Assembly: GCA_044226145.1 (NCBI GenBank)
Contig: JBGAHN010000003.1
Coordinates: 22,536-86,535, forward strand
Length of the DNA: 64,000 nucleotides
DNA from: Labilithrix sp.
GTDB lineage: Bacteria; Myxococcota_A; Polyangia; Polyangiales; Polyangiaceae
Reading direction: 5' to 3'
In this document: positions 55,778 through 64,000 of the stretch, in pieces
How the letters are laid out: the number at the start of each line of letters is the position of its first letter
Numbering within the stretch: position 1 is the stretch's first letter
Position numbers and translations under genes: made by a program
The notes under the pieces: model-generated
The model's input: the letters and a program-made list of their open reading frames with translations, nothing else
The model's database searches: none
Told to the model about the DNA's origin: nothing

Positions 55778-56743
55778 ATGACCCGCACACGCTTCGCACC
55801 TTCGCCGACGGGCGATCTGCATCTCGGAGGCACGTGGACCGCCCTCGCGGCGTGGGCGCTGGCGCGCGCGAGCGGCGGACGAGCGATCCTGCGCATGGAG
55901 GACATCGACACGCCGCGGGTGGTCGCCGGCGCGGCCGAGCGCATCGCCGAAGATCTCGCGTGGCTCGGGCTGGATTGGGACGAGAGTCCGAGCAAGGGTG
56001 GATTTCATGCACCCTACACACAATCGGAGCGCACGGCGATCTACGAGGACGCGCTCGCGAAGCTCGACGCGCTCGGGTTGACGTACCCGTGCGATTGCTC
56101 TCGGGCGGAGATCGCGCGCGTGGCGAGCGCGCCGCACGCGGGCGAGGAGACGATCTACCCCGGCACGTGCAGGGACCTACCGAAGGATCGCCGCATGAAG
56201 CGCGATCCTTCCATCCGGCTGCGCGTGCCCGAGGGAGCGATGATCTCGTTCGTGGATCGCATCGCCGGGTTCTTCGAGCAGCGCGTCGATCTCACGGCGG
56301 GCGACTTCGTGCTCCGGCGCGGCGATCGCGTCTTCGCGTACCAGCTCGTCGTGGCCGTCGACGACGCCGTCATGGGGATCACGGACGTCGTGCGCGCGTC
56401 GGATCTCCTGGGATCGACGGGGAGGCAGCTCTGGATCATGCAGCTCCTCGGTCACTCGCGGGCGCCGACGTACACGCACCTGCCGATGGTCGTGGGACCG
56501 AACGGCGATCGGCTCGCCAAGCGGCATCACGCGACGACCGTACGCGAGCTCGCCGCGCGGGGTGTTCGTGCGGCGGACATCGTCGGACGGCTCGCGCAAG
56601 CGCTCGGCCTCGTGGGCGGGCCCAGCCGGCCGATGACACCACGCGAGGTCGCGCGCCAGCTCGTGCCGCCGTCGAATTGGCGGAAAACGGCGTGGATCGC
56701 GCCCGATTCGTGGGACGACGCGCGCGCCGACCGATCTGCCTAA
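55778..56743 (+). CDS. gluQ: Glutamyl-queuosine tRNA(Asp) synthetase
   Basis: RFAPSPTGDLHLG, LRMEDID, CDCSR, AYQLVVAVDD, RLAKR; lacks the anticodon-binding domain; start 55691-55778. Confidence 0.92.
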   Translation: MTRTRFAPSPTGDLHLGGTWTALAAWALARASGGRAILRMEDIDTPRVVAGAAERIAEDLAWLGLDWDESPSKGGFHAPYTQSERTAIYEDALAKLDALGLTYPCDCSRAEIARVASAPHAGEETIYPGTCRDLPKDRRMKRDPSIRLRVPEGAMISFVDRIAGFFEQRVDLTAGDFVLRRGDRVFAYQLVVAVDDAVMGITDVVRASDLLGSTGRQLWIMQLLGHSRAPTYTHLPMVVGPNGDRLAKRHHATTVRELAARGVRAADIVGRLAQALGLVGGPSRPMTPREVARQLVPPSNWRKTAWIAPDSWDDARADRSA

Positions 56744-56749
56744 CCGGGA

Positions 56750-57202
56750 CTAGCCGTGGAGCGCCAGGTAGACGCCGACGGCGATGCTGGCCACGCCGGC
56801 GACGACCCACACCGCGATCCATGCCCTCGACTCACCATCGGCGGTGTTCGGCGAGCGGCTGGACGTCGGCGATGGGGACGACGTCGGACCGCCTCGAGAG
56901 CGGGAGGAGCCGTTGCCGCGCGACGAGCGCGGGGTCGAAGGGAGCGCCGACGGCGACGAGACCAGCGTCGTCTCGCTACCGGGAGGCGGAACGTCGTCCT
57001 GCGCGGGCGTCGAAGGGGGCGGCGCGGGCGCGAGGTCCGCGACCGAGACCATCGGCGTCACGCCGGGATCTTCCAGTTCGACCTTCGCCTCCTGGGCCTC
57101 CGTCGATGCTTCGCGCAGGCCGGACGTCATCGACCGACGGGTGCTCGGACCGTCGTCGTTCGTGCGGGAGGGTTCGGGGAGCGCTTTCTCTTCCTCGGGC
57201 AT
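56750..57202 (-). CDS. Low-complexity protein with C-terminal TM anchor
   Basis: Pro/Ser-rich body, terminal WIAVWVVAGVASIAVGVYLAL. Confidence 0.65.
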   Translation of the reverse strand: MPEEEKALPEPSRTNDDGPSTRRSMTSGLREASTEAQEAKVELEDPGVTPMVSVADLAPAPPPSTPAQDDVPPPGSETTLVSSPSALPSTPRSSRGNGSSRSRGGPTSSPSPTSSRSPNTADGESRAWIAVWVVAGVASIAVGVYLALHG

Positions 57203-57322
57203 GACGCAAAGCGAAGTCGACGGACGCCGTCCGTCGTTCGAGCGTAGCTCCGGTCCGACGAGCGCGCGAGGACGGGTGCACGTCGGTGCCCCTCGATGGC
57301 CGTCGATGCGTAGGCCGAGGAC

Positions 57323-58282
57323 CTACCTTGCGCCACACGCCGCGCGGATTTTCGGCGACGTCATGCGCGGATCGAAGCGAACTTCGGGGGCGTTCGCGCG
57401 CAGCGAATCGCACGCCGCGGCGGCCAGGCCTGGCGCGTCCAGGGCCACGTAGGCCTCGAGCAGGGCGCGGAAGACCGTGGCGAGCTGGGGCTTGGTCAGC
57501 GGGCCGGAGCCGAGGACCCGGTTCGCGCGCGCGACGGCGTCGACGTAGCGTCCGGCGCGGACGTCCGCCAAGAGCGGAGGGAGATCCGCCTCGCCGCGTC
57601 GCTGGCTCTCGAAGACCTGTCCTCCGCCCTCGGTCCGGATGCGGTCGGCGGCGCGCTCGGCCTCCTTCTTACCTTCGGCCGTCAGCGCGAGATCGAGCAG
57701 CGGCACGAGCACGACGTCGCCGCGCAGGAGCTTCTGCGTACCCGTCCGGTGGTTGTACGCGTCGAGCTCCCAGGCGCGGTTCATGTTGCCGAGGTAGCGC
57801 TGCGAGAGCATCGCCATCGTGTCGCCGTCACCCGCGATGTACGCGATGACGGCGGGGATTTCGATCTCCTGCCCGACCGACGGCGGGACCCACGACACGG
57901 CGCCGTTCGCGCGCGCCAAGACGTCGGCGCGCTTCCGATCGCCGAGGAAGGTGCGCGCGAGATCGGGCCAGGTCTCGCCGCCGACGACGCGGTAATGCGA
58001 GGGCGCGGGGATCTCGAGCGGCTGGCCCGGGACGATGAGGCTCCCGCCGTGCACGTCGAGGGCGTTGGCGGACGCGATCGCCGTCTCGAAGCGGGGCGAG
58101 CCGTAGACGCGGATCGCGATCTGCGCGAGCGTCTCCCCCTCCGAGACGACGTGCGTGAAGGCCGCCGCGCGGCGCCCGATCGCTCCGACGAACGCGAACG
58201 CCGCGAGCGCGCACACGGCGCGAACGGGAGCGCGAAACGAAGGCCACGAAGGCCACGAAGGCCACGAACCAATGCGTCTCAT
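57323..58282 (-). CDS. Exported triple-LysM domain protein
   Basis: Signal peptide; HVVSEGETLAQIAIRVYG, YRVVGGETWPDLARTFLG, YIAGDGDTMAMLSQRYLG; ATGA overlap with the kinase gene. Confidence 0.88.
   Translation of the reverse strand: MRRIGSWPSWPSWPSFRAPVRAVCALAAFAFVGAIGRRAAAFTHVVSEGETLAQIAIRVYGSPRFETAIASANALDVHGGSLIVPGQPLEIPAPSHYRVVGGETWPDLARTFLGDRKRADVLARANGAVSWVPPSVGQEIEIPAVIAYIAGDGDTMAMLSQRYLGNMNRAWELDAYNHRTGTQKLLRGDVVLVPLLDLALTAEGKKEAERAADRIRTEGGGQVFESQRRGEADLPPLLADVRAGRYVDAVARANRVLGSGPLTKPQLATVFRALLEAYVALDAPGLAAAACDSLRANAPEVRFDPRMTSPKIRAACGAR
58237..58268. repeat. Perfect 9-bp tandem repeat (acgaaggcc x3.5) encoding WPS-WPS-WPS in the LysM signal peptide
   Basis: Units at 58237, 58246, 58255 and a partial unit at 58264. 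Confidence 0.9.
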
Positions 58283-59760
58283 CGTCCTCCTCCGGCGTCG
58301 TCGGACACGCTCGCCTCGTCGATCGCCGCGATGGCGCCTCCCTCTTCGGGCAGCGGCATCGTGATCTCCAACGTCACGATCTGCCCTTCGACCACGTCGA
58401 CGGTCCGACGGACGTCGGGGGTGTCGGGGTGCGAGAGCGTGACGAAATGGCGGCCTTCGGAGAGCGGGATCGGGCGGGCGAACGGCGTCGTTTCGACGTG
58501 CGCGTCGTCGACGTTCACGTGAGCCCAGGGCGTCGCCAACACCCGCAGGCCACCGGCGCGAGCAGGGACGAGGGGCAGCGGATCCGAGCCCGCCTGGGAT
58601 CCTTCCGCCGCGGCGGACGGCGACGAGAGCTCGATGGCGAGCGCGCCGGCGGCGAACAACGCGCCGAGGACGACGAAGCCCAGCATGGCTCGCCCCGTGC
58701 GCACGCGAGGACCGCGCTCGGCGCCTTCGTGCTTCGCCAACCTCCCGCCCTTGACGAACCCGGCTTCGGCGAGCGTCGATCGCACGATGAGCGAGGGATC
58801 TTCGCGCGTGCGCGAGCGAAGCGTGGCCGAGAGGTGCTCGAGGACGACGGCGCCGCTGGCGAAGCGATCGTCGGGTGATTTTTCGAGCAGGCGCATGACG
58901 ATGCGCTCGACCGAGCGCGGGACGTCGGGGGCGCGCTCGCGGAGCGGCGGCGGGGTGTCACGCCGGATGCGCTGCGCCGAGTCGCGCGCCTCGAGCCCGG
59001 GCGGCGGACGCGACGTCCGCGCGTGCGATGGGCTGGTCCCCTTCGAGGTCACGCGCGGCGGATGCATCGAATGCGACGGCGTCTCGAAGGGCCGCGTGCC
59101 ACTCAACATCTGGTAGAGCACGACGCCGAGCGAGAAGAGATCGCTCCGCGCGTCGACGAAGTCGCCGAGGATTTGCTCGGGCGACATGTAGGCGGGCGTC
59201 CCGAACATCTCCTTCTTCACGTCCGGCACGATGCGCCCCGACGGCGTGATGCCCTCGGTCCCGAACGCGTCGCTCACGCTGGCCGTGCGCGCGCGCTGCG
59301 CGATGCCGAAATCGGCGAGCTTGACGGTGCCCGTCTTCGAGAGGAGGACGTTGCCGGGCGAGAGATCGCGGTGCACGACGCCGTGCTCGTGGACGTGCGT
59401 GAGCCCCGCGCAGATGCCGCACGCGATGGCCAGCGCGGCGTCGACGCCGAGCTTTCGCCGCTTGGCGAGGAGCTGCTGGAGCGACGGGCCGTCGACGTGC
59501 TCGAGCACGAGGTAGGGGCGTCCGTCGGCGCGCGCAAGCTCGATGAGCAACACGACGTTCGGGTGCGCGAAGTCCGCCAAGATGGCCGCCTCGCGCTCGA
59601 GCTGCTCGCCGAACGACGACGTCGGCGAGATCGACAGCTTCAGCGTCTTGATGGCGACGAAGCGGCCGAGCGGCTCCTGCACCGCGCGGTAGATCGTCGA
59701 CGCCGGTCCCGAGCCGAGCACCTCGGTCGTGCGGTAGGTGCCGAAACGGACCTCGCTCAT
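58279..59760 (-). CDS. Hanks-type Ser/Thr protein kinase with TM helix and C-terminal PEGA-like domain
   Basis: VAIK, HRDLSPGN, DFG, GTPAYMSPEQ, SDLFSLG; TM AMLGFVVLGALFAAGALAI; C-terminal LRVLATPWAHVNVD. Confidence 0.93.
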   Translation of the reverse strand: MSEVRFGTYRTTEVLGSGPASTIYRAVQEPLGRFVAIKTLKLSISPTSSFGEQLEREAAILADFAHPNVVLLIELARADGRPYLVLEHVDGPSLQQLLAKRRKLGVDAALAIACGICAGLTHVHEHGVVHRDLSPGNVLLSKTGTVKLADFGIAQRARTASVSDAFGTEGITPSGRIVPDVKKEMFGTPAYMSPEQILGDFVDARSDLFSLGVVLYQMLSGTRPFETPSHSMHPPRVTSKGTSPSHARTSRPPPGLEARDSAQRIRRDTPPPLRERAPDVPRSVERIVMRLLEKSPDDRFASGAVVLEHLSATLRSRTREDPSLIVRSTLAEAGFVKGGRLAKHEGAERGPRVRTGRAMLGFVVLGALFAAGALAIELSSPSAAAEGSQAGSDPLPLVPARAGGLRVLATPWAHVNVDDAHVETTPFARPIPLSEGRHFVTLSHPDTPDVRRTVDVVEGQIVTLEITMPLPEEGGAIAAIDEASVSDDAGGGR

Positions 59761-61325
59761 CGCTCGCGGGGCAGAGAGCGGACGAGGAGCGAGTGCCCCG
59801 TCATCACGGGCGGGACGGGCAGCTTCATGATCTCGAGCATCGTCGGCGCGACGTCGCAGATGCGGCCACCCGCGCGGATCGTCACGTCGCGATCGGCGTC
59901 GTTCACGTAGAGGAGCGGCACGGGGTTGAGCGTGTGCGCCGTGTGCGGCTGCCCGGTGGCCGGATCGATCATGAGCTCGCAGTTGCCGTGGTCGGCCGTG
60001 ATGAAGAGCGCGCCACCTTGCCTACGGACCGCGTCGACGATCTTGCCGATGCCGGCGTCGACGGCCTCGACGGCGTGGGTCGCCGCGTCGAGCACGCCCG
60101 TGTGGCCGACCATGTCGGGGTTGGCGAAGTTCACGAGGACGAAGTCGTACGTCCCGCCGTCGATGGCGCTCGCGACCGCGTCGGCGACGGCGGCCGCGCT
60201 CATCTCGGGCTTGTGGTCGTACGTCGGCACGTCCTTCGGCGAAGGGATCATGCGGCGCTCTTCGCCCGGGAAGGTCTCTTCGCGACCGCCGTTGAAGAAG
60301 TACGTGACGTGCGCGTACTTCTCCGTCTCGGCGCAGCGGAACTGCGTGAGGCCCGCGCGCGCGATCACCTCGGGGAAGATGTCGGCGTAGGTCTCTTTCG
60401 GAAACGCGATCGGCAGCCCCAGCGTCGTGTCGTACGTCGTCATGCACGCGTACGTGCGGAACGGCGGCGCGTTCCCCGCGCGCGCGAACGAGTCGAACTC
60501 CGGGAACGCGAGCGCGCGCGTGAGCTCACGGGCGCGATCCGGCCGGAAGTTGAAGTGCAGCGCGGCGTCTTTCTCCGAGTCGACGCCCGCGTAGTCGCCG
60601 ACGACGAACGGCTCGACGAACTCGTCGGTCTTCTTCGCCGCGATGCTCTCCTCGACGCCGCCGACGGCGCTCGCTTTCCGCGGCGCGTCCGCGGTCGCGA
60701 TCGCGCGGTAAGCCTTCTCGACGCGCTCCCAGCGGTTGTCGCGGTCCATCGCCCAATAGCGCCCCGACACGGTGCCGATGACGCCCTTGCCGGCGAGCTT
60801 CGATTCGAGCGCCGACAGGTAGCCGGGCGCGGTGCCGGGCTGGACGTCGCGGCCGTCGAGGAACGCGTGCACGACGACGGGGACGCCGCTCGCGTGCGCC
60901 GCGTCGACGAGCGCGTACAACTGCGTGTTCATGCTGTGGACGCCGCCGTCCGAGACGAGCCCCAAGAGGTGGAGCCGACCGCCCTTGGCCTTCGCGCTCG
61001 CGATGACGTTCGCGATGACCGGGTTTTGCGCGAGCGCACCGCTCTCGACCGCCGCGTCGATGCGCATGATGTCCATGAGCGCGATGCGCCCGGCGCCGAA
61101 ATTCAGGTGGCCGACCTCGCTGTTGCCCATCTGCCCGGGCGGCAAGCCGACGTCCGGCCCGCTCGTGCCGATGAGGCCGTGCGGGTAGCGCGCGTAGAGC
61201 GCGTCGAGGTGCGGTGTCTTGGCGAGCCGGACGGCGTTCGCATCGACCTCGGCGCGCTCGCCGAAGCCGTCCAGGATCATCAAAACCACGGGACGGGGTC
61301 GATGGACCGGTGCTTGCCCTGACAT
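59757..61325 (-). CDS. gpmI: 2,3-bisphosphoglycerate-independent phosphoglycerate mutase
   Basis: ILDGFG, QMGNSEVGH, DGGVHS, AETEKYAHVT, NPDMVGHTG, TADHGN. Confidence 0.97.
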   Translation of the reverse strand: MSGQAPVHRPRPVVLMILDGFGERAEVDANAVRLAKTPHLDALYARYPHGLIGTSGPDVGLPPGQMGNSEVGHLNFGAGRIALMDIMRIDAAVESGALAQNPVIANVIASAKAKGGRLHLLGLVSDGGVHSMNTQLYALVDAAHASGVPVVVHAFLDGRDVQPGTAPGYLSALESKLAGKGVIGTVSGRYWAMDRDNRWERVEKAYRAIATADAPRKASAVGGVEESIAAKKTDEFVEPFVVGDYAGVDSEKDAALHFNFRPDRARELTRALAFPEFDSFARAGNAPPFRTYACMTTYDTTLGLPIAFPKETYADIFPEVIARAGLTQFRCAETEKYAHVTYFFNGGREETFPGEERRMIPSPKDVPTYDHKPEMSAAAVADAVASAIDGGTYDFVLVNFANPDMVGHTGVLDAATHAVEAVDAGIGKIVDAVRRQGGALFITADHGNCELMIDPATGQPHTAHTLNPVPLLYVNDADRDVTIRAGGRICDVAPTMLEIMKLPVPPVMTGHSLLVRSLPRER

Positions 61326-61364
61326 GACGCGGGCACCATAGCACCAGGTCCAGGCGCGACGCCG

Positions 61365-62540
61365 TCAGATCGCGAGCAGCCAGCCGTGCGGATCGGGGTC
61401 TTTGCTGGCGTGGATGCCGTCGAGCGCCTTCTTGAGGCGCGGCGCGACCTCGAAGTTCGTCGACGTGATCGTGCCGCCTTCCCAAGCGACCTCGCGAATG
61501 GGCGAGATGACCGCGGCCGTGCCCGTTCCCCAGAGCTCGACGGACTTGCCGGCGCGCGACGCCTCCACGATCTCGGTGAGCGAGACGGTGCGCTCTTCGA
61601 CCGGGACGCCCCAGTCGCGCAGGAGGGTCAGGCACGAGTCGCGCGTGATGCCGGCGAGGATCGTCCCTTCGAGCGGCGGCGTGATCACGCGGTCGCCGAT
61701 GCGGGCGAACACGTTCATCGTCCCTGCCTCTTCGAGGTTCTCGTGGTGGACCGCGTCGAGCCAGAGCACCTGGTCGAAGCCGCGCTCCTTCGCGCGCTTC
61801 GCGCCGAACAGGCTCGTCGCGTAGTTGCCGCCCGTCTTGACGGCACCGACGCCGCCCTTGGCCGCGCGCACGAACTCCTTTTCGGCCCAGAGACGGAGCG
61901 CGTGCTCGTCGCCGTCCCAGTACGAGCCGACGGGCGAGAGCATGACGGAGAACACGTGCTCGTTCGCGGGGCGGACGCCGAGGAAGCTCTCGTCGGCGTG
62001 CAGGGTCGGGCGGACGTAGAGCGCGCCGACGTCGTGGGTCGGGCACCAATCGGCGTCGACGCGCACGATCGCGCGCACGGCCTCGATGAAGAGCTCGACG
62101 GGGACCTCCGGCATGCAGAGGCGCTTGGCGCTCGACGCGAAGCGCTTCGCATGAGCTTGCGGACGGAAGAGCTTGATGTCCGACCCCGTGCGGAACGCCT
62201 TCAAGCCCTCGAAAATCGATAGCCCGTACTGCACCGCGCCCGCGGCGAGCGACACGTGCGGCTGGGTCGCCGGGACGATGCGGGCGTTCTGCCAGGTCTT
62301 GCCGTCGTGCTCGGCGACGAAGACGTGATCCGTGAGGAATTTGCCGAACCCGAGCTTCGTGGTCGACGGGCGCGGGCGCGGCGACGTCGTGCGCGTGACG
62401 GGGAAGCCGAGGACGCTCTCACCGCTTTGGGCGCCGCTCTGGGCGCGTGCCCCATGCGTGCCCGCGGCGGAACTCGCTGTCGAAGGCGGGTTCTGGAGAG
62501 GAGCGTCCGACTTGCCGGTCCCGTGTGCGAGGTCGACCAT
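61365..62540 (-). CDS. ilvE: Branched-chain amino acid aminotransferase
   Basis: YGLSIFEGLKA, KTGGNY (PLP lysine), EEAGTMN, ILAGITRDS, GTAAVISP. Confidence 0.93.
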   Translation of the reverse strand: MVDLAHGTGKSDAPLQNPPSTASSAAGTHGARAQSGAQSGESVLGFPVTRTTSPRPRPSTTKLGFGKFLTDHVFVAEHDGKTWQNARIVPATQPHVSLAAGAVQYGLSIFEGLKAFRTGSDIKLFRPQAHAKRFASSAKRLCMPEVPVELFIEAVRAIVRVDADWCPTHDVGALYVRPTLHADESFLGVRPANEHVFSVMLSPVGSYWDGDEHALRLWAEKEFVRAAKGGVGAVKTGGNYATSLFGAKRAKERGFDQVLWLDAVHHENLEEAGTMNVFARIGDRVITPPLEGTILAGITRDSCLTLLRDWGVPVEERTVSLTEIVEASRAGKSVELWGTGTAAVISPIREVAWEGGTITSTNFEVAPRLKKALDGIHASKDPDPHGWLLAI

Positions 62541-62547
62541 GCGAAAG

Positions 62548-62576
62548 GGTCTAGCGTCGCCGCCTCGGAGGGTCAA
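62548..62576 (-). promoter_or_regulatory. Sigma70-type promoter for ilvE (TTGACC-17-TAGACC), 7 nt before ATG
   Basis: Near-consensus -35, exact spacing, predicted start site at the ATG. Confidence 0.55.
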
Positions 62577-62708
62577 CGTGATGAGCACGCGAAAGGCTTT
62601 CGGTTGCGCATCGCGTAAGCGCACCGAGCCGCGTGGCGACGGACGACCTGCGCTACGCGTCAAAGCGGGGCGCCTCACCCCGCGCAAGCCGCGCTCGCGA
62701 CCGCCGCA

Positions 62709-62742
62709 CTTCGACGCGCCTCTCCAACGAGGCGCGTCGAAG
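62709..62742 (-). terminator. Strong hairpin (14-bp perfect stem, 6-nt loop) after the last gene; terminator-like but no U tract
   Basis: cttcgacgcgcctc-tccaac-gaggcgcgtcgaag, 24 nt downstream of stop 62766. Confidence 0.5.
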
Positions 62743-62765
62743 GCGGAAACGACGCCATCCGTTCG

Positions 62766-63998
62766 TCAGTTCGGAGGAAGCTCCGAGCAAACGTGGTTGA
62801 TGCACGTCACGTTGACGCCGACGTCGTTGCAGCAGTCCGCCGCAACGTCGCATCGATCTCCGATCTGGCTGCATCCCGTGCTCGACGAGCCGCAGATCGC
62901 AGTGCCCGCGTCGTTCGACGCGTCGCAGAACCCGTTGCAGCAATCGGTGCCCGACGTGCACGACTCGCCGTCGCCCTTGCACGGATCGAGCGCCCAGTAC
63001 GCGCGCATGTTGCGCGTCGTCGGATCCTGGCCGGGGAGCCAGAAGGGCGGGTGGCTCGGATCCTCGGTGGACGTCGACGCTCCGGCGACGTCGAGCGCGG
63101 CGACCCAGAGCTGCTTGGTCCCGGAGCCTTCCGTCCCGTCCTTGTAGGGAATGTCGACGAGGAGGTTGCCGTACGTGCGGCGCGAGTGGAAAACGAGCCA
63201 GAAATAGCCGCCCGAAGCCACGGGGGCGAACGTCGGCTCGTAGCTCCGGTGCTGATCGCGAGCCTCACCCGCGGCCGGCGAGAGCGTCTTGTTGATCGCG
63301 TCGAGCGCGATGGCGTGGTTCGGGTTCTTCGTGTCGACCGCGTAGAGATCGCCGAGGAACGACACCGCGAGCGAGCCGTAGTCCGGGCCGATTTGGTAGA
63401 CGACCCAGCGGTGGTCCGGCGAGAGCGTCGGATAGGCGATTTTGTTGGTGCCGGCCGGCGTGTCGACGAGCTTCACGCGGTTCGAGAACTTCTTCGTCTT
63501 CGCGTCCCAATCGAGGCCGTAGAGCGCACCGTCCTGCGAGTCGACGTAGGCGAAGTACTCGTTGTCCGCGGAGAACGTCGGGAAGTACGTGTGATGACCA
63601 GCGCCGACGAGCGTGTCGAGATCGGTGCCCGCGATCGTCGGGAGGCTCGTCGCGGTGGTCGTCGCCGCGGTCAGATCGATCGGTAGATCGTCCTTGCCGC
63701 CCGCGCCGCGGATGTTCGCCCAGTTCTCGACGGCGATCTTGCCGTCCGGGGTCACGCCCGCGAGCGCGAGCCGCGTCGGAGGCGCGTTCGTCTGGTAGCC
63801 GTGGAAGACGGTCTTGTCGGCCTGCAGGTCGTAGACGCTCGACCAGACGTCCACCACGTTCCCCCAGTACCCCGTCCCCATCACGAGGGTCGAACCGTCG
63901 GCCGACGCCGTGTGGCACGACGGACAGAACATCTTCGTCGTCGGGTTGTTCGGTGCGTTCCATTCGCCGGGCGGCGGCACCGTGGCCGATCCGAGGAA
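62766..63998 (-). CDS. Secreted protein, TolB/WD40-like beta-propeller with Cys-rich C-terminus (5' end outside the window)
   Basis: YFPTFSADN, YPTLSPDHRWVVY, YEPTFAP repeats; C-terminal C-x6-C-x5-CC-x3-C units; frame open to the window edge. Confidence 0.82.
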   Translation of the reverse strand, partial: FLGSATVPPPGEWNAPNNPTTKMFCPSCHTASADGSTLVMGTGYWGNVVDVWSSVYDLQADKTVFHGYQTNAPPTRLALAGVTPDGKIAVENWANIRGAGGKDDLPIDLTAATTTATSLPTIAGTDLDTLVGAGHHTYFPTFSADNEYFAYVDSQDGALYGLDWDAKTKKFSNRVKLVDTPAGTNKIAYPTLSPDHRWVVYQIGPDYGSLAVSFLGDLYAVDTKNPNHAIALDAINKTLSPAAGEARDQHRSYEPTFAPVASGGYFWLVFHSRRTYGNLLVDIPYKDGTEGSGTKQLWVAALDVAGASTSTEDPSHPPFWLPGQDPTTRNMRAYWALDPCKGDGESCTSGTDCCNGFCDASNDAGTAICGSSSTGCSQIGDRCDVAADCCNDVGVNVTCINHVCSELPPN

Positions 63999-64000
63999 AT

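Noticed and set aside
37892-56743. Two glutamyl-tRNA synthetase-like genes as a novelty
   Set aside because: Explained by the ordinary gltX + gluQ pair
119-63963. Numerous long antisense or alternate-frame ORFs in the track (e.g. 2095-3726, 4057-6237, 6932-10402, 34702-37293, 35477-39181, 40520-43327, 44704-47388)
   Set aside because: They are Arg/Ala/Gly-rich shadows of real genes expected at ~70% GC, with no family motifs

Overview
High-GC bacterial DNA, densely coding, whose gene content (DUF4388/FHA protein, large sigma54 activator, Ser/Thr kinase, Cys-rich secreted proteins) points to a myxobacterium, probably of the Sorangiineae/Polyangiales group; this placement is an inference. I support about 55 CDS. 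Housekeeping and metabolic genes include kdd, fhs, nadD, nadE, gltX, gluQ, egtB/egtD, gpmI, ilvE, ccmB, a pyruvoyl arginine decarboxylase, an ABC pair, and an MBOAT plus two SGNH O-acetylation genes. Two accessory systems stand out. (1) A ~15.5 kb bidirectional Tad/Flp pilus locus (18.3-33.9 kb) has two intact CpaF ATPases, three FHA-type domains (one canonical, two degenerate), five prepilin-peptidase substrates and no recognisable CpaE/TadZ. (2) A very large sigma54 activator (degenerate STAND-like NTPase + TPR + AAA+/HTH) has a stop codon overlapping the start of a 104-aa exported lipopeptide gene, followed by an orphan sensor kinase. Also noted: an ~840-nt unexplained, hairpin-rich interval at 47.7-48.6 kb, and recurrent sigma70-like promoters 6-10 nt from start codons, suggesting leaderless transcription. 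No rRNA, tRNA, CRISPR array, transposase or integrase was seen. All product calls come from motif recognition by eye; no database search was run.
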